Positions 10,190 to 18,000 of a DNA stretch of 36,559 nucleotides are shown piece by piece (within the stretch, counting starts at the first letter, position 1; each line of letters starts with the position of its first letter). The translations under genes were made by a program, and so were the position numbers. The stretch spans positions 1-36,559 of the forward strand of contig JBGGMJ010000083.1 of assembly GCA_041288095.1 (NCBI GenBank). Reading direction: 5' to 3'. The notes below the pieces were generated by a model. The model was given only the letters and a program-made list of their open reading frames with translations, searched no databases and was not told the origin of the DNA. The stretch comes from Myxococcota bacterium. GTDB lineage: Bacteria; Myxococcota; XYA12-FULL-58-9; JALHOP01.

Positions 10190-10912
10190 ATGCTTGCCTA
10201 CGCTGCAGTGATCCTTTTGTCGGCGTTCGACCAACCCGTGAAGATCGACACCGTGAGGACCGATGGGAGCCGCACGCTGACGTGCTGGCTCTACTCCTCC
10301 TTCATGGTGAAACAGCTCGCCGCCCCTGACCTCAAGGGTGCCGAGCGACTGTCGTTCGTCCGCTTCAACGGCGGCGCTCCCACCTGCGACCGCACCATCG
10401 CCGTGGGCGTCGAGAAGGTGCTCGACGACTGGGGCGGCTACTACGCGGGAGCGTTGGGTGACCTGGTGGTCTTCAACGGCGACGACGGCTGGAACGGCGG
10501 CATGGGGTTCGCCATCTACGACACCACGAACGGCAACCAGGTGTTCAAGGACGCGCGGCTCGGCGACATGACGGTGAAGGACAACACCCTGACCTACAAG
10601 CGCGTGACGCTGCTGGACTGCAACGCTTCAGCGGACAAGAAGTGCGCCGCCAAGGGCATGAAGCTGGCGAGCTCGAAGCAAGACCTCGGCGCCACGTGCA
10701 AGAAGGGTTACGCGAAATGGCTGGGGCAATTCCAAGCGAGCGTCGCCAAGATCGAAACGGCTTGTGACGCCACATGCAAGAAGGAGCGCAAAGCCCAGCT
10801 CGACAGTTTCAAGAGCAGCGACTCAGTGGTTGCCTATGCCGTGAGCGTCGATCGCGGGACCTTTGCCATCACACCCAAGAGCGGCAGCGTCGATTGCTGG
10901 CCCGCGAACTGA
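10190..10912 (+). CDS. Secreted Cys-rich hypothetical protein
   Basis: Hydrophobic N-terminus, 8 Cys, Lys-rich C-terminal half, typical high-GC codon usage. Confidence 0.75.
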   Translation: MLAYAAVILLSAFDQPVKIDTVRTDGSRTLTCWLYSSFMVKQLAAPDLKGAERLSFVRFNGGAPTCDRTIAVGVEKVLDDWGGYYAGALGDLVVFNGDDGWNGGMGFAIYDTTNGNQVFKDARLGDMTVKDNTLTYKRVTLLDCNASADKKCAAKGMKLASSKQDLGATCKKGYAKWLGQFQASVAKIETACDATCKKERKAQLDSFKSSDSVVAYAVSVDRGTFAITPKSGSVDCWPAN

Positions 10913-10915
10913 CGC

Positions 10916-11860
10916 TCACGCCTTCTGCTTCTTCTTGAGCGCGTTCCGCAGCGCCGTCATCGCCTTCTCCGCCTTCTTGCGCTCGGGTGATTCCGCGCAG
11001 GCGCGGATGAGCGTGAGCTGCTCGTCGACTTGCTTGATGATTCCCGCGATGTCGGCGCCGTCGAGCTCGTCGATGAAGGCGTTCTCGACCTTGTATTCGC
11101 CATACAGCTTGAGCGCCGCGCCAACATGCGCGCCGGTGGTGTGGCGCTTCAGATATTCGCCCTCTTCCATTTCCGAGTACGCGAGGTAGCAGCCGAGATA
11201 GCCTTCGCACTCGCCGGGGTGATTGGTGCTGGCGGCGAGCCAAGCGAGCGGCTCGGCGCTGCTGGTGGCGTGATACTTCGCTTCCATGTCCCAGATCGAC
11301 TTGGCGTTCGCGAACCATTCTCCTGCTGGTTCGCTATAGACGACGTCGTCCTTGTGCTGGGCGAGAAAGCCCTTGTACGGCTGTTTTTCGCTTCCGTTAC
11401 CGACCGCCGACAATGCATCACGCAGGACCGTGAAGCGGGCCAGAGCCAGCTTGCCGCCGCGCTCCGGGTCCTTGCTTTCGGCTGACGCACGCTTGAGGCA
11501 ATTGTAGAGGTCGGCGCGCTCGACGAAGGTCATGTCCTTCTTGCCGGCGCGCTCGGCGGCCAGCGCCACGTAGGTCTCGTCCGCTGTAGCGGCGTCGAGC
11601 ACGCGAAGTCCGGGACTGAACATCCACCCTTGTTTACCGTCGCTGCTCTCGAGGTGCTCCCAGACACCGTCCTGGCCACCGACATTGACCTTGGCTCCGG
11701 GGGCTTCCAGCTCCTTGAGCACCGTGCAGATGGGCAGGCGCGTCACTTCCGCGGCGTTAGCGGCCGCCGTGGCGCGCAAACGCATGCCGGAGGCGGCGGT
11801 GATGAAGGTCTTGGGGGAGTCGGTGACCACTACCGCGAGCACGACCAGCACGTTGAGCAT
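10916..11860 (-). CDS. Secreted SH3b-domain protein
   Basis: Signal peptide followed by an SH3b-like pattern (GMRLRA...W...DGKQGWMF) and a helical C-terminal region with CEGYLGC. Confidence 0.7.
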   Translation of the reverse strand: MLNVLVVLAVVVTDSPKTFITAASGMRLRATAAANAAEVTRLPICTVLKELEAPGAKVNVGGQDGVWEHLESSDGKQGWMFSPGLRVLDAATADETYVALAAERAGKKDMTFVERADLYNCLKRASAESKDPERGGKLALARFTVLRDALSAVGNGSEKQPYKGFLAQHKDDVVYSEPAGEWFANAKSIWDMEAKYHATSSAEPLAWLAASTNHPGECEGYLGCYLAYSEMEEGEYLKRHTTGAHVGAALKLYGEYKVENAFIDELDGADIAGIIKQVDEQLTLIRACAESPERKKAEKAMTALRNALKKKQKA

Positions 11861-11882
11861 GCGAGCATTGTCTCAAAATCGC

Positions 11883-11897
11883 GTCGCAAATTGCGAC
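11883..11897. promoter_or_regulatory. Perfect palindrome GTCGCAA-A-TTGCGAC, candidate operator
   Basis: 7-bp arms around a 1-nt centre, in the intergenic region between divergent genes. Confidence 0.45.
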
Positions 11898-11997
11898 ACC
11901 CAAAACATCGATCGCCGATTCTCAAGCGTTCCGCGCGGCTTGTGCGCGGGTTCGCGCTGGTACGGAAGCTGCTTCGTGCTCGGCCAGGAGATCACAC

Positions 11998-12486
11998 ATG
12001 CCCGCTTCCAGCATTTCCATCCATGACCGTACCAAGAAGAGCACCATCGTCGACGCGTCGTTGCGCAATCCCATCTCGGCGGCCCTCCGCCGTGGCCTGG
12101 TGACGCACAATCGCGTCCTCGAGCAGCAGGCAAACGATCCCCGCACCACTCGGGACGACGCCGCACAGGCGCGGCGCGACATGCGCGAGGCCGACGTCCT
12201 CATTCGCGCGCTCGAAAACGGCAAGCTCGCGGGAGGCGACCTCTATAGCGTCGATCCCGAGCTCACGCGCCGGAGCATCTGCACGGCGTCGGTGGGCCTT
12301 ACGCCGAGCCACTTTCCCTTCGCGGGCATCGCGCCCGAGTCGGTGGCCCAGGCGGCGGTGCTCGGCGAGCTGCGCGGCGCGCGACAGCTCGATGCGACGA
12401 CGGCCGCGCGCTTGCGGATCGCGGCGCGGACGGCGCGCATGACGCCGCCCGACACCCTCGAGCTCTCGGAGCGGACGTGTCGCTAG
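11998..12486 (+). CDS. Hypothetical protein (ORFan-like)
   Basis: AGGAG RBS 7 nt before the ATG; fills the gap between neighbours; no motif recognised. Confidence 0.6.
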   Translation: MPASSISIHDRTKKSTIVDASLRNPISAALRRGLVTHNRVLEQQANDPRTTRDDAAQARRDMREADVLIRALENGKLAGGDLYSVDPELTRRSICTASVGLTPSHFPFAGIAPESVAQAAVLGELRGARQLDATTAARLRIAARTARMTPPDTLELSERTCR

Positions 12487-12512
12487 ACCAAGCTAGCGAC
12501 GGTCCCGCGTCC

Positions 12513-13037
12513 TCAGCCTTCGTAGCCGCTGGTCGTGATCTTGATGACCTTCACCGGCGTCATCGGCCGATCGCCGCGATCGGTCTTGGTGCGCTCGATG
12601 GTCTGGACCACGTCCATGCCCTCGACGACCTTGCCGAAGACCGGGTGGCGCGACGGGCCTGGCGTGAACCAGTCGAGGCGCGCGTTGTGCACGGTGTTGA
12701 TGAAGAACTGGCAGCCGCCGCTGTCGGGCTGGCCGGTGTTGGCCATCGACAGAGTGCCGGGCTCATTCGAGATCTTGGCGTCGGCTGGGTGCTCGTCCTT
12801 CAAGCGCCCGTGCGGGCTGTCGCCAGTGCCGGCGCGGGGGCTCGACGGGTCCTTGCTGTGCGGACAGCCGAACTGGATCATGAAGCCTTCGATGACTCGG
12901 TGGAAGTGCAGTCCGTCATAGAAGCCTTCCTTGGCGAGCTTCAAGAAGTTGCCGGCCGTGATCGGCATCTTGTCGAGGAACAATTCAGCTTTGAACGTCC
13001 CGAGGGACGTCTCGAACGTTGCGGTTGGATTTGCCAC
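12513..13037 (-). CDS. Cyclophilin-type peptidyl-prolyl cis-trans isomerase
   Basis: [45 protein letters not shown]. Confidence 0.95.
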   Translation of the reverse strand: MANPTATFETSLGTFKAELFLDKMPITAGNFLKLAKEGFYDGLHFHRVIEGFMIQFGCPHSKDPSSPRAGTGDSPHGRLKDEHPADAKISNEPGTLSMANTGQPDSGGCQFFINTVHNARLDWFTPGPSRHPVFGKVVEGMDVVQTIERTKTDRGDRPMTPVKVIKITTSGYEG

Positions 13038-13218
13038 GGCGGTATTCCTACGGCGACCTCAAGTCGCCAGTTAGCGAAGCGATACACCAAGCCGCGAGGC
13101 GGCATAGACGTGTCGTCGGGCTCCATGCCCGACAGACGTCCTAGTCGGGATCGCGGGGCGGTGCCAAGAGGCCGGAGCACCTTGAAAGTCGAGGGTCAGG
13201 GCCGCATCATCCGCGCGC

Positions 13219-15477
13219 TTGCATTCATCGGAACAGAGCAGAGGGTCCTGGGGTCGGCACGTCTATCGCGCGCGCCGCGGCATCTTGCTGGCGAGCGCCG
13301 TCGTTCTGGCCCTCGCGGGGGTCGTCTTGGCGCGCGGAGCGCGACTTTCCATCGGCGACTTCGAGAACGAGGAATCGAAGCGGGCCGGGGAGCTCATCGC
13401 TGGTCTCGAAAGACCGGGCGATTCGTCGTTCCTTTTGGTGCTTTCGTCGAAGCAGTGGACCGTCGTCGACGACGCATTCCAGAGCGAGCTGGCCGACACG
13501 GTGAGCGCATTGAAGGCGAGCCCCGAGGTCGTCTCGGTGATTTCGCCGGTCGGCCTGCCCGGCCCGGCGGCACAGCGCTTCTACGCGCAAGATGCGCGAC
13601 ACGCGCTGGTGGCGGTCACCATGCGCGGCGATCTGCCGACCGCGGCGAAGCACTACCCCGAGGTGCGCGCGCTCGTGCCGAGCGGAAGGCTCGACGCGAG
13701 CTTCACCGGCAAGCTCCCGCTCATGAACGACATCGAGGTCGGTCTACGTCACGACCTGCTGCGCGCCGAGGCTATCGCCATCCCGATCTCGCTGCTGCTC
13801 CTGCTCTTCGTGTTTCGCAGCTTGGTCGCCGCGCTCTTGCCGGTGGTGGTCGGGGGTCTGGCGGTGGCGGCGGGCGTCGCGGCCGTCTTCGCGCTGTCGC
13901 ACGTCGCCGACGTGCCCAACTACGCCATCAACATCTGCTCGCTCATCGGCCTCGGGGTCGCGATCGACTACTCGTTGTTCATCGTCAGTCGCTACCGCGA
14001 CGAGCTGGCGCTGGGGCGGTCCGTCGAGGACGCGCTCGCCATCACCCTGCACACCGCTGGGCGCTCGGTGGTGTTTTCGGGGCTGACCGTCGCTACAGGG
14101 CTCACGGGCCTCCTCTTCTTCCACGGCTCGTTCCTCGCCGCCTTGGGGGTCGCTGGAGCCTTGGTCGTGGGCTTCGCCGTGATCGCGGCGCTCACCACCT
14201 TGCCGGCGCTGCTCGGCGTGCTCGGCGCGGCGGTCGATCGCGGTCGTTTCTGGCCGCGGCGCCCCGGCCGCTCGAGCGGACGCTGGCACGCTTTCGCCCT
14301 GACCGTCACGCGGAGACCCTGGCTGTTTTTGGTGCCGGCGATGGCCTTCGTCGGTTTCGCGGCCTGGCCTTATTCGCGACTCGAGGTTGCGACGACGGAC
14401 GTCAGCGTGCTGCCTCCGGACGCGGAGGCGCGCGTCGGCTTCGGTGTGTTGCGCGAGGCCTTCCCGGAGATCGCCGCGACACGCATCAACGTCGTGGTCG
14501 AGTTTCCGTCGTCACCAGCGTTGACCAGCGAGCGTGTCCACGCGCTCTACGCGACCAGCCGCAGGCTCGCCGCGTTACCGCACGTGCGCTCCGTCGAGAG
14601 CATCGTCGACTTGTCGCCGGGCCTCGACGCCACGACCTACGCGATGATGCTGACCCTCCCCGAGGCGATGCAGCCCCGAGACCTGGGCTACGCCTCGCGA
14701 ACCTTCGTCGCCGAGCGCGCGACCCTGATGACGGTGGTGAGCGATGCGCGCCCTTCGAGCCCTGAAGCGCGCGAGCTGGTGCGGTCCTTGCGCGCGGACC
14801 GGGCGGTTGCCGATGGCGGCATTCTCGTCGGTGGGCAAACGGCGCGCGATCTCGACAGCCTGGCGTTGGTCGCGGAGCGCAGTCCGTCCGCGGTGGCGTT
14901 CATCATCGGCATAACCATCGCCATTCTGTTCGTGCTGCTGCGGTCGGTGCTCTTGCCGATCAAGGCAGTGCTCATGAATCTGCTGTCCATCGGCGCGTCG
15001 TTCGGCGCGCTCGTCTGGGTCTTCCAAGAAGGACACGGGCGCGACATTTTGATGTTCGAGCCCGGCTTCATCGATCCGACGTTGCCGGTGATGCTCTTCT
15101 GCCTCGTCTTCGGTTTGTCGATGGACTACGAGGTGCTGCTCTTACACCGCATGCAGGAAGAGTACGAGCGCACCGGCGACAACAGTCAGGCCGTCGCCGA
15201 GGGCCTTTCGCGCACGAGCGGCCTCATCACCAGCGCGGCCGCCATCATGGTGTCCGTTTTCGCGGCCTTCTCGCTGGCGAGAATCTTGGTGGTGAAGGCG
15301 ACCGGCGTCGGCATCGTCGTCGCCATCATCATGGACGCGACCATCGTGCGGCTGCTCATCGTCCCGTCGACGATGGCGCTGCTCGGCGATCTCAACTGGT
15401 GGGCGCCGAAGTTCCTGGCCCGGCGCCGTGCTCCGAACGGCGGCGCTGCGAGCGACTCAAAACGCCTGGCAAGCTGA
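13219..15477 (+). CDS. MMPL-family (RND) lipid transporter, MmpL3/YdfJ-like
   Basis: Two repeats with the IDYSLFIVSRYRDE and MDYEVLLLHRMQEE Asp-Tyr pairs, TAGRSVVFSG, ITSAAAIM, DATIVR, LLGDLNWW. Start codon uncertain. Confidence 0.92.
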   Translation: MHSSEQSRGSWGRHVYRARRGILLASAVVLALAGVVLARGARLSIGDFENEESKRAGELIAGLERPGDSSFLLVLSSKQWTVVDDAFQSELADTVSALKASPEVVSVISPVGLPGPAAQRFYAQDARHALVAVTMRGDLPTAAKHYPEVRALVPSGRLDASFTGKLPLMNDIEVGLRHDLLRAEAIAIPISLLLLLFVFRSLVAALLPVVVGGLAVAAGVAAVFALSHVADVPNYAINICSLIGLGVAIDYSLFIVSRYRDELALGRSVEDALAITLHTAGRSVVFSGLTVATGLTGLLFFHGSFLAALGVAGALVVGFAVIAALTTLPALLGVLGAAVDRGRFWPRRPGRSSGRWHAFALTVTRRPWLFLVPAMAFVGFAAWPYSRLEVATTDVSVLPPDAEARVGFGVLREAFPEIAATRINVVVEFPSSPALTSERVHALYATSRRLAALPHVRSVESIVDLSPGLDATTYAMMLTLPEAMQPRDLGYASRTFVAERATLMTVVSDARPSSPEARELVRSLRADRAVADGGILVGGQTARDLDSLALVAERSPSAVAFIIGITIAILFVLLRSVLLPIKAVLMNLLSIGASFGALVWVFQEGHGRDILMFEPGFIDPTLPVMLFCLVFGLSMDYEVLLLHRMQEEYERTGDNSQAVAEGLSRTSGLITSAAAIMVSVFAAFSLARILVVKATGVGIVVAIIMDATIVRLLIVPSTMALLGDLNWWAPKFLARRRAPNGGAASDSKRLAS

Positions 15478-16876
15478 CCGGGAGCACGAGGCGCCTCGGC
15501 ATACGCGACGCCTGCGCCTTCAAGTGGCCGGCCGTGTCGGACAACGCGCCGACCAGTGCGTCGCGGGCGTGCGGCATGATGGTGCCGATGAGACGGGCGA
15601 TTGGTCCGAGCTCGGCGACCGTGCCCACGGGATTGCGCTCCGCGATAGCGGCGCGACTCCAGTCGACCAAGGCGTGGGTGACGACCGAGCCATATTCCTT
15701 CGCCATGGCGGTCATGCGCAGGTCGCGACCGGCGAGCAGTGCCAACGAAGCTTGTTGGTTCTCGATGGAGGAGCCCCAATAGCGGCGCATGCCGCGACGG
15801 AGGAGCCCCATCTCGGCGCTCGACTCGGCAAAGCAGCGATAAAGCGCCGACGACAAAGCGATACGTGTCCGCTGCGGCGCACGACGGGCACGCGCATAGC
15901 CGCGAAGCGCCGACTTGACGTTGTTGGGTGAGGCGATGAGCGCCTGGCGGAGGGCCAAGGCATCGCGAATCGCCGAGGTCATGCCCGAGACCGACAGGGG
16001 GTGGCAGCAACCCGCGGCGTCGCCCACGAGGCAGACGCGTCCACGCACCGACGTATGCGGCAGGCGCACGTCGTTCGAGGCGAAAAGGGGCTTGCCGCGC
16101 TTCAACGCCTTGCGCATGGCGCCGTGGAGCGGCTCGGGCACGGCGCGCGGCCACGCGGGATCGTCGGCGAGTGTCTTCCAATCGACGGTGTCGGGGACGT
16201 CGACGAGGATGCGGGCCAAGCCGTCGCCGGTCGCGTAGCCGAGGATCGGAGCGTGGCCGTCGACGAAGACATGACCAAGATCGGCGAACGGCAAATCCGC
16301 CGCGCTCACCGTCAGCCCCAGCATGGTCGAGATCTTCTCGTGGCGCTCGCGGATCCCGAGCTCCTCGCGCAGCGCGCCGGCGCGACCGGTGGCGATCACC
16401 AGCATGCTGCCGCGCGCGATCACACGCGTGCCCTTGCGATTGATGCGGACGGACACGTCCTGCGCGTCCTGGCTCACGAGCCCCTCGACCCGGGCGTTGG
16501 ACCAGAAGGTCACGTGCGGCCGGCGCAGAACGTCGTCTTGGAGGGCTTCGACCAGCCGGGCGTGCTCGATCGTCACCCCCGCGCCCAAGGTGTCGTACGA
16601 CAGGAGCATAGCCGGTTCGTCAGGCTCGAGGACCGCGAAACCCTTGACCGGCAGGGCGCCGCACTGCTCGAGGGCGGTCAGAAAGCCGAGATCGGCAAGG
16701 CCGGAGACCCCCACGGGGTGCAGAAGCTCGCCTGAAAACAGCTTCTTACGGTCGACTCCAGAGTCGACGAGGAGCGTGGTCTTGCCAAGACCAGAGAGGG
16801 CCGCGGCCACGGCGCATCCGGCCGGACCACCGCCGACGATTACCGCATCGAAGACGCAGTCTGGCAGCTCTTCCAT
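15392..16876 (-). CDS. Squalene epoxidase (squalene monooxygenase, FAD-dependent)
   Basis: IVGGGPAG, GELLHPVG (cf. eukaryotic GE-LQPGG), GDAAGCCHPLSVSGM. Adjacent to squalene synthase and OSC. Start ATG 16876 inferred. Confidence 0.85.
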   Translation of the reverse strand: MEELPDCVFDAVIVGGGPAGCAVAAALSGLGKTTLLVDSGVDRKKLFSGELLHPVGVSGLADLGFLTALEQCGALPVKGFAVLEPDEPAMLLSYDTLGAGVTIEHARLVEALQDDVLRRPHVTFWSNARVEGLVSQDAQDVSVRINRKGTRVIARGSMLVIATGRAGALREELGIRERHEKISTMLGLTVSAADLPFADLGHVFVDGHAPILGYATGDGLARILVDVPDTVDWKTLADDPAWPRAVPEPLHGAMRKALKRGKPLFASNDVRLPHTSVRGRVCLVGDAAGCCHPLSVSGMTSAIRDALALRQALIASPNNVKSALRGYARARRAPQRTRIALSSALYRCFAESSAEMGLLRRGMRRYWGSSIENQQASLALLAGRDLRMTAMAKEYGSVVTHALVDWSRAAIAERNPVGTVAELGPIARLIGTIMPHARDALVGALSDTAGHLKAQASRMPRRLVLPVSLPGVLSRSQRRRSEHGAGPGTSAPTS

Positions 16877-16889
16877 GGCGTGGTGGTCG

Positions 16890-16896
16890 TATAGTA
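16890..16896. promoter_or_regulatory. Overlapping back-to-back -10-like hexamers (TATAGT on +, TACTAT on -)
   Basis: AT-rich patch in the 41-bp gap between the divergent squalene epoxidase and squalene synthase starts. Confidence 0.4.
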
Positions 16897-16917
16897 AACG
16901 CCCGGCCAAAGTCTACG

Positions 16918-18000
16918 ATGGAATCGACCCGCCCAGAGAACGCCGCCGACGCCCAAGTCTCGGCCGCGACGGCGTTTTGCCGCCGCATGTTGCCGCGGGT
17001 GTCGCGCACCTTCGCGCTGAACATCCCGGTGCTGCCGGCGCCGCTCGATATCGTGGTCACCGTCGCCTACCTCTTGTGCCGCATCGCGGACACCATCGAG
17101 GATGAGAGCGCCGCTCCCGACGAAGAACGCGCCGCGCAGCTCGCCGAGCTCACACGTGTCGCCGAGCTCGGTCCGTCATGGCAGCCAGCGGCTCGCGCGC
17201 TCGCCGCGCGTATCGCCGGCAGTCTGCGGCAGCAAGCACCCGACGCCGAGCGCGATCTCTGCCTCGGTCTGCCGCACGTCGTCGCTTGTTACGCCGCGCA
17301 GCCCGTGTGGTCGCACGGCCACGTCGTGAAGTGCATCCGCGCCATGACCACCGGCATGGCCGAGCTCACCGCCTGCAACGGTGCTCCCCAAGGGTTGGCC
17401 GATCTCGACGAGACCCTGCTCTATTGCCACTACGTCGCCGGCACCGTCGGCGAGATGCTAACCGCGCTGTTCATCGGCTATTCGCCGGCCTGCCATGAGC
17501 ACAAGGAGTTCCTCGAAGCGAGCGCCGGCTCCTTCGGCCGCGCACTGCAGCTCACCAACATCCTGCAGGACGTGCGCGCCGACCTCGAGCGCGGCAGTTG
17601 TTGGCTACCGCGGACCGCCCTGACGCGACACGGGCTGACCCCGAAACAGTTGGTCGAGCCCGAATACCGCGCCCAGGCGCTCGCCTTGCTCGAAGACTTG
17701 ATCGCGGTCGCGCACCGCGAGGCCAAGGCCGCTTTCGAGTACACCCTGCGCATCCCCAAGTCCGAGCCGGGCATCCGCACCTTCTGCCTATGGCCGCTCT
17801 TCAACGCCGTGCTCACGCTGCGCGCGCTCCAAGGCAACCACGAGGCCTTCGGACCCAAGCGGGTCAAGATCCAGCGCAGCATGGTGAAGCTCGTCATGTC
17901 GGTCACCTCGGCGCTCGTCGGTTTCGATCGTGCCCTGCGTCTCACCTTCAAGGGTGCGACGATGGGCTTGTCGCGCGAGGTGTCTCCTGCACTCGACTGA
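16918..18000 (+). CDS. sqs: Squalene synthase (single-enzyme, eukaryote-like type)
   Basis: VSRTFA flap, YLLCRIADTIED, YCHYVAGTVG, LQLTNILQDVRAD, FCLWP, VKIQR. These match SQS motifs rather than CrtB/HpnCD. Confidence 0.9.
   Translation: MESTRPENAADAQVSAATAFCRRMLPRVSRTFALNIPVLPAPLDIVVTVAYLLCRIADTIEDESAAPDEERAAQLAELTRVAELGPSWQPAARALAARIAGSLRQQAPDAERDLCLGLPHVVACYAAQPVWSHGHVVKCIRAMTTGMAELTACNGAPQGLADLDETLLYCHYVAGTVGEMLTALFIGYSPACHEHKEFLEASAGSFGRALQLTNILQDVRADLERGSCWLPRTALTRHGLTPKQLVEPEYRAQALALLEDLIAVAHREAKAAFEYTLRIPKSEPGIRTFCLWPLFNAVLTLRALQGNHEAFGPKRVKIQRSMVKLVMSVTSALVGFDRALRLTFKGATMGLSREVSPALD

Noticed and set aside
12477..14765. 762-aa + strand ORF
   Set aside because: It is the antisense shadow of the cyclophilin joined to an off-frame Arg-rich reading of mmpL; no motifs.
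15392..18000. Carotenoid interpretation (phytoene synthase plus geranylgeranyl reductase or desaturase)
   Set aside because: SRTF, YCHYVAG, FCLWP and VKI-R are squalene synthase motifs. GELLHP and HPL match squalene epoxidase. No crtI is present.
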